Positions 24,290 to 36,769 are shown, counted from the stretch's first letter. The stretch is DNA of 64,000 nucleotides from Vicugna vicugna (GCA_013265495.1 MU058781.1:1096963-1160962), one strand, 5' to 3'. Numbers and translations: made by a program. The notes: a model not told the origin generated them from the letters alone.

Positions 24290-24830
24290 TGTTTTTATCA
24301 CAATAGCAGGGCAGTATTAGCAGCCTGCGATTTTGTCAGCTTTCTCATTTAGCAAAGCAGCTTCAATTTACTAACAGTGAGGAGCGCGCATGAATCAATA
24401 TGCTTCATTGGGCAATGTGTCATTTGTGAATCGGATATTGATGAGATTATTGACGCACAGCTAATTAATCTCCAGCCCGGCGCTAGCCTTCATATGTTTC
24501 CTTAATTATGTCCTTCATCTTAGTCTCCTGGCTTGAGCGCCCAGACGCGGGACTGTAGACAGTGAGTGAGGTAAGCTGTCGGCTTCTTTTCACACATTTA
24601 CAATCCCATGGCAGTGAAATTATTTTCTTAGTTGTAAATAGGTATCAAAGAGATATTTAATAACATTTGGCAGCAGATTGATATTGACTGGTGTAGACTT
24701 GCTTCAAATCCAGCAGCCACAGAATTCTGCCTCAGAAGGAGGCTATTAAAAAAGAAAATGCTTAATTAGTGATCAACAATTGCACGAGTCAGTTGTCATC
24801 TGCCCTCTGGAATTTAAACATTGCCCTCCT
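24290..24830. promoter_or_regulatory. Candidate conserved non-coding element/enhancer
   Basis: Repeat-free and CpG-retaining, with dense TAAT/ATTA homeodomain cores (CTAATTAATC 24461, CTTAATTATG, CTTAATTAG) and ATCAAAG. Conservation is inferred, not measured. Confidence 0.5.
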
Positions 24831-26185
24831 ATGGACATTGTTTGTGGACCCTTGGTTCAATATTTCAGGTGATTTTGTTTTCTTTTTCACTTTAGCTCTT
24901 TATTGCCACCTTTCTTGGCCATGGACAGCATTGGTGGGGATAGAAAATTCAGAGAGACCCAAGTCCCTTGTAGTTTTTAAAAATTAATCCAGCCACGATT
25001 AAGTGTCGGTTATAATTCCACCACCTGCACCTGTACACCCGTGAACCCAAACAAAAACCTTTATGTTAAGAGAGTTCCTCACCTTCCCTTCCTGGACTTC
25101 TGAGTCAAAGTGGAAAATGCAAGCTCCAGTCCCGTTCATTAGTTCTGTCACTCTTTTACACCTGACAACCATTCGGAGCCTTAATTTACTCATCTGCTCA
25201 CAAGATCATTGGAAGTTTCACAAGGTAACGTGTGAGGACACGTGGGACTTCTAGGACGCTAGCCGATTACTAGGGGTTGTTTGCGTGTTATTTACAAGAG
25301 TTCCAAGGTTCATGTCAAGCCCGTTTGAGGGATGTAATAGATATGTGAAAATTAGCTTGTTATTATATTTCTTTCCATTTATTAATTCCTCACCTAAGGT
25401 TGCATGGTGTCCCGTAGCAGAGATAGAGGGAGTTGGCATTAAGGTGACGGGTTAGGCGAGCACGCCCCTCACTCGTGGTTTCCTCGTGTCTAAGATGAGA
25501 GAAGGACTAGCTCACCAGGAAGTTGCTGGAGCTCTTCAAGAAATCTAATAGAAAACATCATTTCCTAGATGTGTGGATCTTAATAAGGAACCCCTGATGA
25601 AAGCAGACTTATTTCTGTTTTCCGTATCCTTGTAAACAAAAGGGTCTTTCAACAATTGGAGTTTCAAATTCAGCTAGACTTAAAGTCCTAATGCACGGAT
25701 TTGCCAGGTGCTGGTCCTCACTGTGGACGTTAAGATAATGTCCAGTCTTTCTTCTTAACTTACAGGGGACTGCTGAGTCTAACAGGGAGCAATTTCAATA
25801 CTTATATGATTTCTTGACCAAAAAATCTTCTCTCTCTCCATAGTGGATGTATATGAGACTATTTTGTCTTTTTTAAAAAGACAAAAAGATGAAGATTAAG
25901 AAAAAGGAAAAGAAACAGAAGAAAGATGTGAGCCAATGAGAGTTGATCAGAGAATTTCCCTCCTTACAGCATCACGTGAAGCAGATATTTAAATATGTTA
26001 ATGGTTACACAGACGACACCAAATTTTTCACCAGTGGTGCCACTATGGACTTCATAGTGCAGCTCTAGTTCAGAGGACAACTATAACTCTGTGAATCAGA
26101 CTAAGTGGCTACCCAAACTTCACTTTCATGTTCTCTTCTCCAGCAGAGAGACCTGCATGTAGTAGGTATCCAATTAAGGTTTTTT

Positions 26186-26234
26186 TTTCACTTTTTTTTA
26201 TTGACTTATAATCATTTTACAATGTTGTGTCAAT
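26186..26234 (-). mobile_element. Ultra-short L1 3'-terminal insertion
   Basis: Reverse complement is ATTGACACAACATTGTAAAATGATTATAAGTCAATAAAAAAA. TSD CAATTMAGGTTTTTT (26171-26185, 26235-26249). Confidence 0.85.
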
Positions 26235-26499
26235 CAATTCAGGTTTTTTAAGATTGGTTATGCTTCTACGGATATCTGGGAAAATACTGTTCATAAACAA
26301 TATTGGTTAGCATATTGAAGCAACCCGGGAGATGACTTCAGGCAATTACATTACGCCATGTCGTTCATACGGACCAGGGTCAAGAGAGACATAGCGTCGG
26401 TAAGATGTCATGAGTACAGGTTTAACATCATTGTGTTAGCTTGATCTTCCCTGGCACAAGGCAAATCAGATTGTCCCCTCTTAAATGCTTTTGTCTCCT

Positions 26500-26885
26500 A
26501 ATCTTCTCTGGACCTTTCCAGCGGTGGTCTTCTTTTTCCCACTACATTCTCCCCAAGAATGACTTTATCCATAACTCTAGCCTCAAATACCACCTACATG
26601 TTGATGACATTCAACCCGTATGTCCAGACACATCTTGTCTGTGGAATACGTGACCCACGTCTCCATCTTCCTTTAGAAAATGTCAACTTCGACGCTCCAC
26701 ATGTAAGCACCTCAAAAGCCTTCTCACCCATTTTTAAATACAATCAATTACCAACTCCGCTCATGTCTGCTTTTTAACTCTCTCTCAAATCCTTTCACCT
26801 TTCTCTCTCCCTGGTCAGTTCCCTGTATCATCTCCCATCACTTTCTGCCTAGACTACGGGCAGCTGCCTAAACCCTCCCCGGCGT
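26500..26885 (+). mobile_element. L2 fragment
   Basis: AAATACCACCTACATGTTGATGAC (RT YxDD region remnant) and CATCACTTTCTGCCTAGACTAC. Confidence 0.65.
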
Positions 26886-26940
26886 GACCCAAGCCTCTGG
26901 TGAGCTAAGCTCAAGTGCTAGAATGGGAAAAACATTGGTT

Positions 26941-26999
26941 GAAAGAAAGAGAAAGAGGGGAAGGGGAGGGGAGGGGAGAGAAGAGGAGGAGAGAGGAGG
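26941..26999. repeat. Polypurine (GA/GGGGA)n tract
   Basis: Direct reading. Confidence 0.9.
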
Positions 27000-28399
27000 T
27001 TTAAATTAGCCTTAGTTAAATCCATGAACTTGAGTCTCAAGGAGAAATTGAAGTCATGGAATGCAGCTACACTTTTGGTCATGTATACAAAAAAAGAAGT
27101 GTGGTAATACTTGCATTGTTTACTGAGAGCAGAAAATGTACAGACAGTTATACTGTAGCCTCTCGTGGTCTACTACAATTGCTACCTTCTTCTCTTGTGG
27201 CAACTGTGCCCCTCAAACCCAGCGAGCAGTAGTTTGATGTCTAAAATAATGCGTATCCTTCAATAAAAGTCTCAATTCACTGTACAACAGGTGTTCCCAC
27301 TGCATCATGTCAAGTTTCATTTCTTCCCTTTGCTGACCTTGACCACTTTATGATGGGCAGATTCTCTCTGCCAGTCTGGTACTCTGATCTCACTATGATT
27401 CCAAATACTTTCCCCTTATCAAGATGTATTGCCAATCTGTTAACTTCCCTCCACTTAAAAAAATGTAACTATCAGAAGCTCCCAGTTTTCCTTCTGCAGT
27501 CTCGCTGGTCAGTTGACAGAGAACATAAAACATTAGGAAGAATTGTATTCAAGGAATACCGTCTAGGTATTCATTGTGGTTCATCCCGACCCTAGCAAGG
27601 ACAACAGAGGCTGTCTAATCAGAATCAGACCTATAATTCCAGTGGTGACAAAATCAGAAACTGAACTCAGAGAAAAACCATCACAGATCTATTCTCTCCA
27701 AGACTTTCCCAAATCCCCGTGAGATAATCCCCACTAATTTTCTACAAACTTACCTGCGAGTTATCGATCACAGCTCTAGAAGCAAGCCTGCCATCTATTT
27801 TCAGCAAACACTACGCAGAGGACACATGGAAAGTGAAATAGCTATGTGATAAATTACACGGTAAATCTAGAAATGGTAAATGGTTGAGATGTACCTACTG
27901 AGAATCACAAATGACCTTTCTATTTACCGTGATGGAGAAGGAAATATAATTCTATGTTACAATTCATGCACTCAAGTAAGCAGAAGGGAATAGAGTTTAA
28001 ATAATGTAACCAAGTATTAAACCAGGTCTAGATATACACACCAGAAGCCAAATTCTCCAGTGATACTTAACCATCTGTTTCATCTTGGAGTTCAAATATG
28101 CCCATAATATTGAAAATAAATTTACAGATTAGGTCTTCTATTTAAAAGCATCAATATAGTATAACAGAACAAAGAAGAGCAAGAACACATATTATGGGTA
28201 ATAGTTATGTCGTTGGCAATTGCCATACATGGGTTAAGCTGATTAAGAATGGATTTGGTAATATTTGCAGCCCAAATAACTCATGAAACACCCCTGGGAA
28301 GTCTTCCTCGTTGAGAAAGGAAGAATAATTTTTCATTAAACCAATTCTAGACATCAACATAAGTGAAGACAAATAAGGAATGGAAAGATTTACTTAGAT

Positions 28400-30545
28400 C
28401 AGCATTGTCCAGTGGAAACAAAACATAAGCTACAAATGTAACTTGAAATATTCTAGTAGCCACATTTTTTAAAAGTATAAAGAAACTGTCAAAGTGATTT
28501 TAATAATATATTTAATTTAGCAAATAGTTCCAAAGTATTATCATTTCAGCATGTAATAACTATAAAAAAATTAATGAGCTATTTAATATTTTTATTTTGT
28601 ACAAAGTCTTCAAAATCAGATGTTTCACACAGTTTAGTTTTCATAGAATACTTGAATTATATTTAGATGTCATAACATTTATAGTTGAAAAAGGAGATTT
28701 GCACAATCACATTGTTCTAAACATTCTTAAAATTTTTCCAGTAGAAGAATCAAATACCCCTAAAAAAGTCACTTTCCTAATAATAATTGTATCCACAGTA
28801 ACAAAACTGGCTGGTTCATCTCTTTTAAAAAACTTATTTGACTTCAACCAAAGGCTCATAAATTTCAAAATTGTATCTGTGCAAGTTAAGTACACCCACT
28901 AACTCTCGTGTCAACTCTGTATTAACATTGATTTCAGAAAGGTATTATATAAACTGGAAAGCAACTTTAAGTCTGTCAATACCAACAAAGCTTTCTTCAG
29001 ATTTTTTGTAGTTTCTTTAGCCAATGTACATAATGCTGTTGATGACAGTTAAAATATTCTGCATATTGATTCGTGTTAGAAAAAAATGTATAAAATCACT
29101 ATTATTGATCACAAAGTCATTGTTACTGATTTCAACATAAATTCTTGTACCTGCCTACAAAAGTCACAAATGAGCTTTCCTTTTTCTGGAGCTTCAAATC
29201 TGGCTCATTTATATGCTGTGCATTTTTGGTGGGAAAATGTAAAACATATTGCTGTTTTTGCCTTTGATTATTGAATATGGGATACTTTGAGCGTTCTTTA
29301 TGTTGGCATTAACAGTGCAGTAAACTTCTGAAAAATTCTTCTACAACCCCACCAGTGAGTGCTGGCAAGAGTGTAAGATCATTAAATTCATTGTCTTCTA
29401 TTTCTTTCAACAGTTCTATAAACTGGCGATAATTCATAGCATTTGCACATTTCTATGGAATAATTTTAGTAACTACAGCCCTGCCATTTTTCATAGAATC
29501 TGTTTCAGAAAACCCTGCATAAATATTTCCAATACAGTGGAACAAAGAAATAAGAGGAGCATCAGTCTCTTGTTTGAAAATTCCAGCGAAACTTGATTTT
29601 TTTTATCTAACATAGCTAGAACAGTGTCCATTATTATAAAAGCTAAAATTTGTATATCTAGGCAAAGTCCTTTGACAGATGTGGGATGCAAAAATATGTG
29701 AACCATCAGTTCAGTTTTTTAAGCCATGAATTAGCAATATTTCTTCATAAATTTCAAAGTCCTTTGAGACAAAATGTACGCAAAGTACTGAAAGGATAGT
29801 GTCTCATATCTCACAGCTCATCTAACGCTTAAAAACAGTATTTAAAATTTGTTTAATTTTGAATAAATTGATCTCTGATATTGTTGGTAAGGTCTTATAT
29901 TCTATATACAACTATTTAGTAGGTTAACTGTAGATCTTTTACTTTATATAAAGTATCATTCGATCTTAGCCTCATAATTTTCTAACAAAATTTTCGTAAA
30001 TGAAATAATTTCTTTTATTCATTTCTCTAGCTGAAAATGGAAGTTTTCTCTGTGTGTGCCAGAATCCAAGCTCTCTTGAAACTAGTCAGTTTTACAAGCT
30101 CAGATACTGTTAGAAATTGCCTAAAAATCGTTTTTTAGAGATTCAGTTTTGCTTTCAGGCACCTAATTTCATTGATTCTTTTTGACTGTTAAGAGGAGAC
30201 TTCTTATCAAATTTGCTATGTATTCCAGAAAATGTCTCCTTACATTGCCAACTTTATCATTTTGAATATTTGTTTACACAGCAAACAAACCAGCTTCTCC
30301 AACTTGCTCTGCTGCAGTAAATCGCATTTGCCACTCTTGGTGAAATTTGTGACACCATCTTCTGATCTTTTTTCATTTACTGTTCCAGCTTTACTCTGGA
30401 ATTACTCCATGCAATTCTGTATCAGTGGCATGCCTTTGTCTTGAACTTTAAAAATGTGGCCATACATAACTTCATGAAAGGCACTAAATCTTAACATGTT
30501 ATCAGACAATGATAATTTGTAATGTCACCAATTGACTCAGTCTTT
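28400..30545 (-). mobile_element. Charlie1-type hAT DNA transposon fossil with decayed transposase
   Basis: MER33-like terminus CAGCATTGTCCA at 28400. Minus-strand hand translations give hAT motifs broken by stops and frameshifts: FHQEWQMRF...NVRRHF (N-terminal zinc-finger region, ~30220-30350), ALDE (~29820), GIFKQETDAPLISLFHCI (~29530-29590), ANAMNYRQFIELLKEIEDNEFNDL (~29375-29447). Confidence 0.85.
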
Positions 30546-30727
30546 TTGGAAGTCTCACAAGAAGTTCAAACATAATATGTCCAAAGTGTAAGTCATCAAT
30601 CACTCCCTGCCCCCAGAATCACCCTGTTCCTCTTCATGTGTTCTTTACACCCAGCATCTAGCACAGGATACATATGAGGACTCCAATAAAGAGCTGTTGA
30701 GTGATTAAATAAATGAATTCAATGAAT
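30546..30727 (+). mobile_element. L2 3' end
   Basis: CCAGCATCTAGCACAG...CAATAAAGAGCTGTTGAGTGATTAAATAAATGAAT. Confidence 0.7.
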
Positions 30728-32329
30728 TTTGCATTTGTAAGCTGGAGTTCTTTAAGGGTTTCTACAAGTTGACCAACTCAATTTTAAACAAACTTTTAAG
30801 TACATATGAAAAGTAACCTGTCGTTTTAAATTTATATTGAGAGGAAGGGAACAGACTATAAAAACAAATTCCATAGTAAGCCAGGGTTCTGACAGCGACA
30901 GTTGCACGTTCCCCTGGGACAGCAAGCCAATCAGATGGAGTTCTCGAACACCGTCATCCTGGACCACATATTGCTACAGAAATCAGATCATCACTGGCTT
31001 TTCACATTTCTAATATTTTGCAGCTCTGTTGAGGAATAACTAAGAAGGGATCCAGGAGCTCTGTTTTTGAAATTAATCAGCAGTGCTTGTTTAAATTTGG
31101 TTTAAAGTCTACAAACAAAGACTTGATATTAACTTGATTCGTATGGAGAACCTCCTCCATGAGATGCATGTAAAAGACAAGAAAAGGAGAAAATAATAGG
31201 GTTTCTTCTGAAAGTAATGAAATGCTACCCTGTGTTTCAATCCCCCTTTCAAAGAACAATCTGCAATTGATGAAATCAGAATGGATCGATCTCAATGAAT
31301 TGAACCACAAGCTGCCTTTCTTTGGCACATTAAAATTTCAGTGCCTTCAACTATATCGGGGCATTCAATTCTCCCAAAACTATTGTGGGTTATACTTAAC
31401 CTCATCCATCTAAAGAGGACATGAAGGCTCGAGATTTCAGATGACCAGCTTAAGTCACACAACTTGATGGACATGGATTCAAAGAACTCAGGTCTCCCTC
31501 CTCTCCACTGGGTTGCATGTACAGCAGAATCCAATATTGACAGATTGTGCAGAGACAAGGGGAGAAATTCTCATCCAAAGTAAAGAAAGTTGAGGACAAA
31601 ATGCAGACCTGGGGGAAAAAAAAATCACTGGAGTTTTTGAGTTGCTTAGAAATAGAGGGTTAGAAGGTGAAAAAGCAGTTCTCAGAAAGAGAAAATCCAA
31701 AACGGTTCCGTTGCTGGTAGCACCTTGGAACTTTTCAGCATGTAACAACACAGAAAGGGGAAGGAAAACATGATGTGACCTAAATGAAATGGTTTCACTT
31801 AATGAATTTGGACAAGCCATATTTCCTCAAAGCATTCCATTAACCATGTTTTGTCCCTTCGCTTATGTAAAAATATCATATTATATAAGTGCCTGTGTTT
31901 GGACATGTAGATAATTAAAGTAGAGGTTTAACGTCCATTTGGCTTTACAGAGTTATGACATTTCCTATACAAAGTCAGGGGCTTATTTCTTCCCTAATTC
32001 ATTTGATAACTTGCATTGATGGTAATATGAGTTGTGTGTTTTAAGATATTATTTGTTTAGCCTAGGGGTAATGTAAATTCTGAAATTTAAAAGCTACCAC
32101 TGCAACGATCTGAATAATAACACTCTAGATTTATACGTGGCCAAGTTAATGCCCTTTATGTTTTGTTTTCTCTATACTTTGACTAAACCATTAAAAAAAA
32201 ATCCAAAGAAGAGACTCTGACACACCATTTTATGTATACAGTGTCAGCTACTGGCGCCCTCTGAGTTTTCTCCCTCTCATGCCACTGAATCCATCCTGTA
32301 TACCCCACATTTGAAAGTAGTTTTCTATT

Positions 32330-33250
32330 TTACATTTTCTTAATTCTAATTAAACAAATCTTAATCTTGACTTTAATGGCTGCAATTATGATACTTCATT
32401 ATGGTAAATGTTAGTTGCAACATAAGAATAAATTGTATAAACAGTTTAGCTGCAATTGCATGGTGTCTAACTGTACATTACTCATTAACAAGACGTGGGT
32501 AGCAGCAATTATAGCATTTCCTCCTAATGTCCCCATTTATTGAGTCACAGCAGCAAGTCCCCTTTTCACAACACACACTGATTGACGACAGCGGCTTTTA
32601 TACTCATGGAGAACAGGCATTCTAACCCGCTGTGTGTCTCCAACTCAGATCGATGAAAGTACACATTAGCTCTTAGCCTCCCAGGCCGGAGTTCTTGAAG
32701 GTCAAAATAGCCATCAGCATCACTGTAGGGTATAAAAATCATTTCACAAACTGTGAACAAAAACAACACAACTTGCTTTGCAGTTTGATTATTGTTTATA
32801 GATACAGCAAGCCAAGAATTAAAGCATAGCCTTGGGGCAGCATAATTATTTACAGCTGAAGACTCATATCATTATTAGCGTTCCCCTAATTGCTTGAAGT
32901 TATATCAATGTTAGTTGATTTAACACTTTTTTTTATAACATGCATGGAAATTGTTTCCTCTGCATATGGAGTGTCAGTTTAACTGGTAGATGGTTTCTTA
33001 ATGTATCAAGGATTTTTTTCCCCCTTTTTCTTCTTCTTCTAATTGTTCATTTTTCTGGGAGGGAAGATTTCCCCTTAGCCGTAATGGGGAGAAGACTTGA
33101 AGCTAAGTTTCGATTTATCCACTGTATCTTCATGCTGACAATACGACAATGGTTTTGTTTCATTTTCATTGTAAATTGAATCTGTAAAGCCACGACAACA
33201 CCTGCAATTAGAAAATGAGTCAGACTTTCCTCCAGGTGGTTTGTGCTCAT
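32330..33250. promoter_or_regulatory. Candidate conserved non-coding element/enhancer
   Basis: ~900 bp without recognisable repeats. Many TAAT/ATTA cores, TTTATTG (32536), AP-1 TGAGTCA (32541, 33216), PBX-type TGATTGAC (32579), forkhead-type TAAACA/TGTTTA. Confidence 0.5.
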
Positions 33251-33694
33251 CTTTTTCCCTTGAACACCTACCCTGAAATTTTGTTTAACGTTAAGAGCAG
33301 AGCCATGTAGCTAATAGAAACCTTTGATAACACTGAAGTCATGAAACTTTTCATACAATAAAATCTCAAAATCTAGATCTGCCAAGTTTTAAAAATACAC
33401 ACAAGGGAAATAAATATAATTATGTAGCCATAATCTAGATGAAAATCTACAATAGTATTGGAAGAAATTTTAAAAAAAAAGGAGACACATTCAGGTATAT
33501 GGCTCTGGATGGGGTTTGGAATCTGTAGAGGTTCAAATAAATCTATTCTTTTCTATGATGTTCTCTACCTGCATAGGATCTCTTTCTTTTTTGCAATATA
33601 TTTTCTACCTATAGGTGGCGACACTTGTACTGTTTCCTTTTGAACTGTTCCTTCATTGTGCCTAGGAACAAATAACGCTGCTACAAGGTAGAGA

Positions 33695-33872
33695 CCACAG
33701 AGTCAAAAGGCTTTCAAGACTAGAAAAGACCTTAGCAAACTAGTAGTCAGTTCCTACATACAACGTCCTACAGCTGAAGGAACCAGGGCCCCAAGGGATT
33801 AAGCTAAGTGCCCAAAATCACATAAGCAGTTAGTGCTAGAGCTGGGAAAGTAAAGTAGAAACTAGATTCAGA
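33695..33872 (-). mobile_element. MIR3-like
   Basis: TAGAAAAGACCTTAG...TACAGCTGAAGGAACCAGGGCCC...GCCCAAAATCACA...GTTAGTGCTAGAGCTGGGA. Confidence 0.6.
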
Positions 33873-35589
33873 AATAATAAATAGGGACACATGTGCAAAA
33901 TAGCACTTAGAACACTATTTGCACCAAGCAAAGTAATCCCAATAAATTATATATATTTAAGCCCAAATCCATCATTATTCTTCTTTTTTTTTGTTTTTTT
34001 GCTTCACAATAAATGGCTCTACAAAATATTATGATAAAAGGCTGAGGTCTTTTACTTGAGAAAATGTAAATGTTTATGAAAATGCTTCCCAAAGGGAAAT
34101 ATCAATTTAATGGCTAATGTATGTTTTTACAAAATTGATCACCGCGCGCAAATACGAAACTACTTGGGAGTATTGGGGAAAATTGCTAATGGAGCTTATC
34201 GTTGAGAAGTATGTGAGAGCTAATACCAAAGACTTTGATTCTGGGTCACGGAGGTTACCCAGAGATCTTATGAAATTTAAGCTGTGATTGTTAACCCGCT
34301 AAAAGTTACCACATTACTTAACACTTGTGATCTTATCTACGAGCCATATGGTTGAAATATTTCCAAAGATTTCTCAGGACAATTTTGTTTTATCAAAGGG
34401 AATATTACTTAACAGTTCTCTGTACTTGATGGGCCTCTAGCAAAACTCTTGCTGCTGCCTGGAAGAAATAGAAAACTCTAAAATGATATTTTAGATTAAT
34501 TGAATTTAGATTTTTTCGAACAAATTACAGTCTCTCTAGCAACCCTAGCTCTAAAGAGACCCTTCCGGAATCTGAAGCTGCCTCAGTCCCAGCGGCCCCA
34601 TGAACATGATGCTGGGAAAATGGAAAGAAGGTAAATTTGGAGTGTGGTTTGCAAAACCCAGCATCACTGAGATGTAATAGTAGAGCCACGTTTCCCGAGT
34701 CTAAGAATGCTTCGCCTTCTATACGTAGAAATTATCTTAAACAGAGAAGATTAAGTCAGGTATGGAAAAGACCACTTTACATTGATTTTCAAAAGTATGC
34801 CTTGATATATCATTTTTATGTTTTACATTTTTGCTTTTTGGTCTGTATTTAGCAAGATACAAAACAGTCAAAATTAACTAGGTGGAGAAATAAATAAAAG
34901 CAGTAAGGCCAATCAAGCAGTTTTTTAACTACTGTGCTCACTAAATACTGCATTAAAAGCATTTTCTCCTCCAGGATCACCCATATTTTTCGCAGACTAG
35001 CAAGTTGATGTCCTCTCTTTTGTCTTTCACAGCCATCCAACTTGATTTTAGTTTTTCAGCACCAAGTTCTGTTTGTACAAATTATGCATTAACTGTGACC
35101 TTTAGGTTTGGGGTAAAATTAATGCTTTTTGTTTGCAATTGGCTACTGTCTTTGCTTTGTGCCAATAACTCATATTCGGTGTTAAACATGTTGATATTTA
35201 CTGCATCATGATACGATTTAATAGATAGATGTGCTACAATGTTACTCAATTTTAGCACCTGTAAGACTTCATTCTTATACAAAAATGGTGGTTAAGAAAA
35301 ACTTTTAGCTGCAACAGTGGTTTGATTGTGGTAGCCACTGCAGGGTTGGAAAATTACTATTCTGCAGGTCGCATCTTTCATAAAAGTGTCTCTTTTATGA
35401 ACTACGCATGCACTTAAGGTAGAAAATCTTTTCTCTTGCAGCCCATGGCATAGAATCAAATTCCTTAAGACTCGTAAGATAAATATTTACTTTTTAAACT
35501 GTGTTAAAACAACTATCATCAAACAGTGGTTGCAATAAATTACAGTCTATACCTCATGTTAATATAGAAGGGCTACTGGTCCATTCCCC

Positions 35590-36350
35590 CTTTGCGTTTC
35601 AATCTCCTGTTGTCAGGGCTCCGTTTGGAGGGGCTGGGCGCCCGGGTGCAGGGGGTGGGGGAGGGGGAGGGAATCAGAGTGGGAACACGTCTCAGAATCT
35701 TCTAGGTTACAACATATGCCAGGCAGATACCATCTGCAGATAATGACAGGGCAGGGGTGAAGGGTGGAAAGGCCAAGCCATGGAAGAGTGACGAAGCAAG
35801 AGGAAAAGAGGAAGCTGTAACAAGCGCGCGGCTGCCTCCACCGTTTCCCATGGAATCATTAATTTGCAGCCTGGCCGTTTAACCTGTGCAGCGCTGAGCC
35901 CGTGTGGTAGCTCCAGCCGCTGGGGACCGCTGGGGACGGGTTCACTTCTTTGCCCACTCGCAGGCAAAAGAGAGGACGCTGATTGCAGTGACAGGGGATG
36001 TTTGAGCAGTTTGATATGCGATGAGTAGCACGTCCACTGCTCTGAGCAGTTCTGGCTCTCCTCGCCCACTGGAGCCGGGCGGCGCTGAAGTGCGAGAACG
36101 CTAACAGTAAATGGAAACTGCTTAGTCAATCCTCCCAGCAAAAGTGAATTTCAGATAACAGCTCAAGCATGACCGCGCGATCGCAGCCTAGTGTTTATGT
36201 ATACGGAGGAACAATGAAGCGGCCTGGCAATTACTGGAAATACATTCCTCAAGCTTTCTGGCGATGCCAAGCTGAAAATTGTGGTCAACACATGTGGGAC
36301 AAGCAAGATCAACTCGGAATTCATTACAGCAATTGTAACGAAATCACATA
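35590..36350. promoter_or_regulatory. CpG-enriched, repeat-free element (orphan CpG-island-like enhancer or minor promoter)
   Basis: Local rise in GC and CpG (GCGCGCGG, CCGGGCGGCG, CCGCGCGATCG), G-tract at 35643-35670, E-boxes CATATG and CATCTG, ATTAATT, SOX-type AACAATG. Confidence 0.55.
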
Positions 36351-36769
36351 TTTTGTCTCTATCTCTCTCCACGCCAAGTGTGTCGCTGTTTAAACCCTTG
36401 CGAACATGTCAGAATGTAAGACTGGAATTCTCCCAGGGAGAATCTCTTTCTTTCTATCCGTGGAATCAAACCATCGAGAGGAAATAATGTCACATCAACT
36501 GCCCTGACTTAGATGGTCACTTCACACAAATCCATACCAGTCTTTCCTGACATCTTAACCTGTGACTTAAAATGTTTGGAAACCTACAAGTTACACAAGG
36601 GAGAAAGCAGGTTTCATCAACAAGTGAGGGGAAAAGTTTACTTCATCAGTTGTAACAGCAAATGAAGACACAAACAAACACATTTTTCGCCTAAATGAAA
36701 AAAGTTTAGTGACAACACCCAGTGTCCACTCTGTGATGGAAAGTCAAGTTTGGCTTATTCATGACAATA

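Noticed and set aside
35054..35070. REST site TTCAGCACC
   Set aside because: Left half only; no GGACAG right half.
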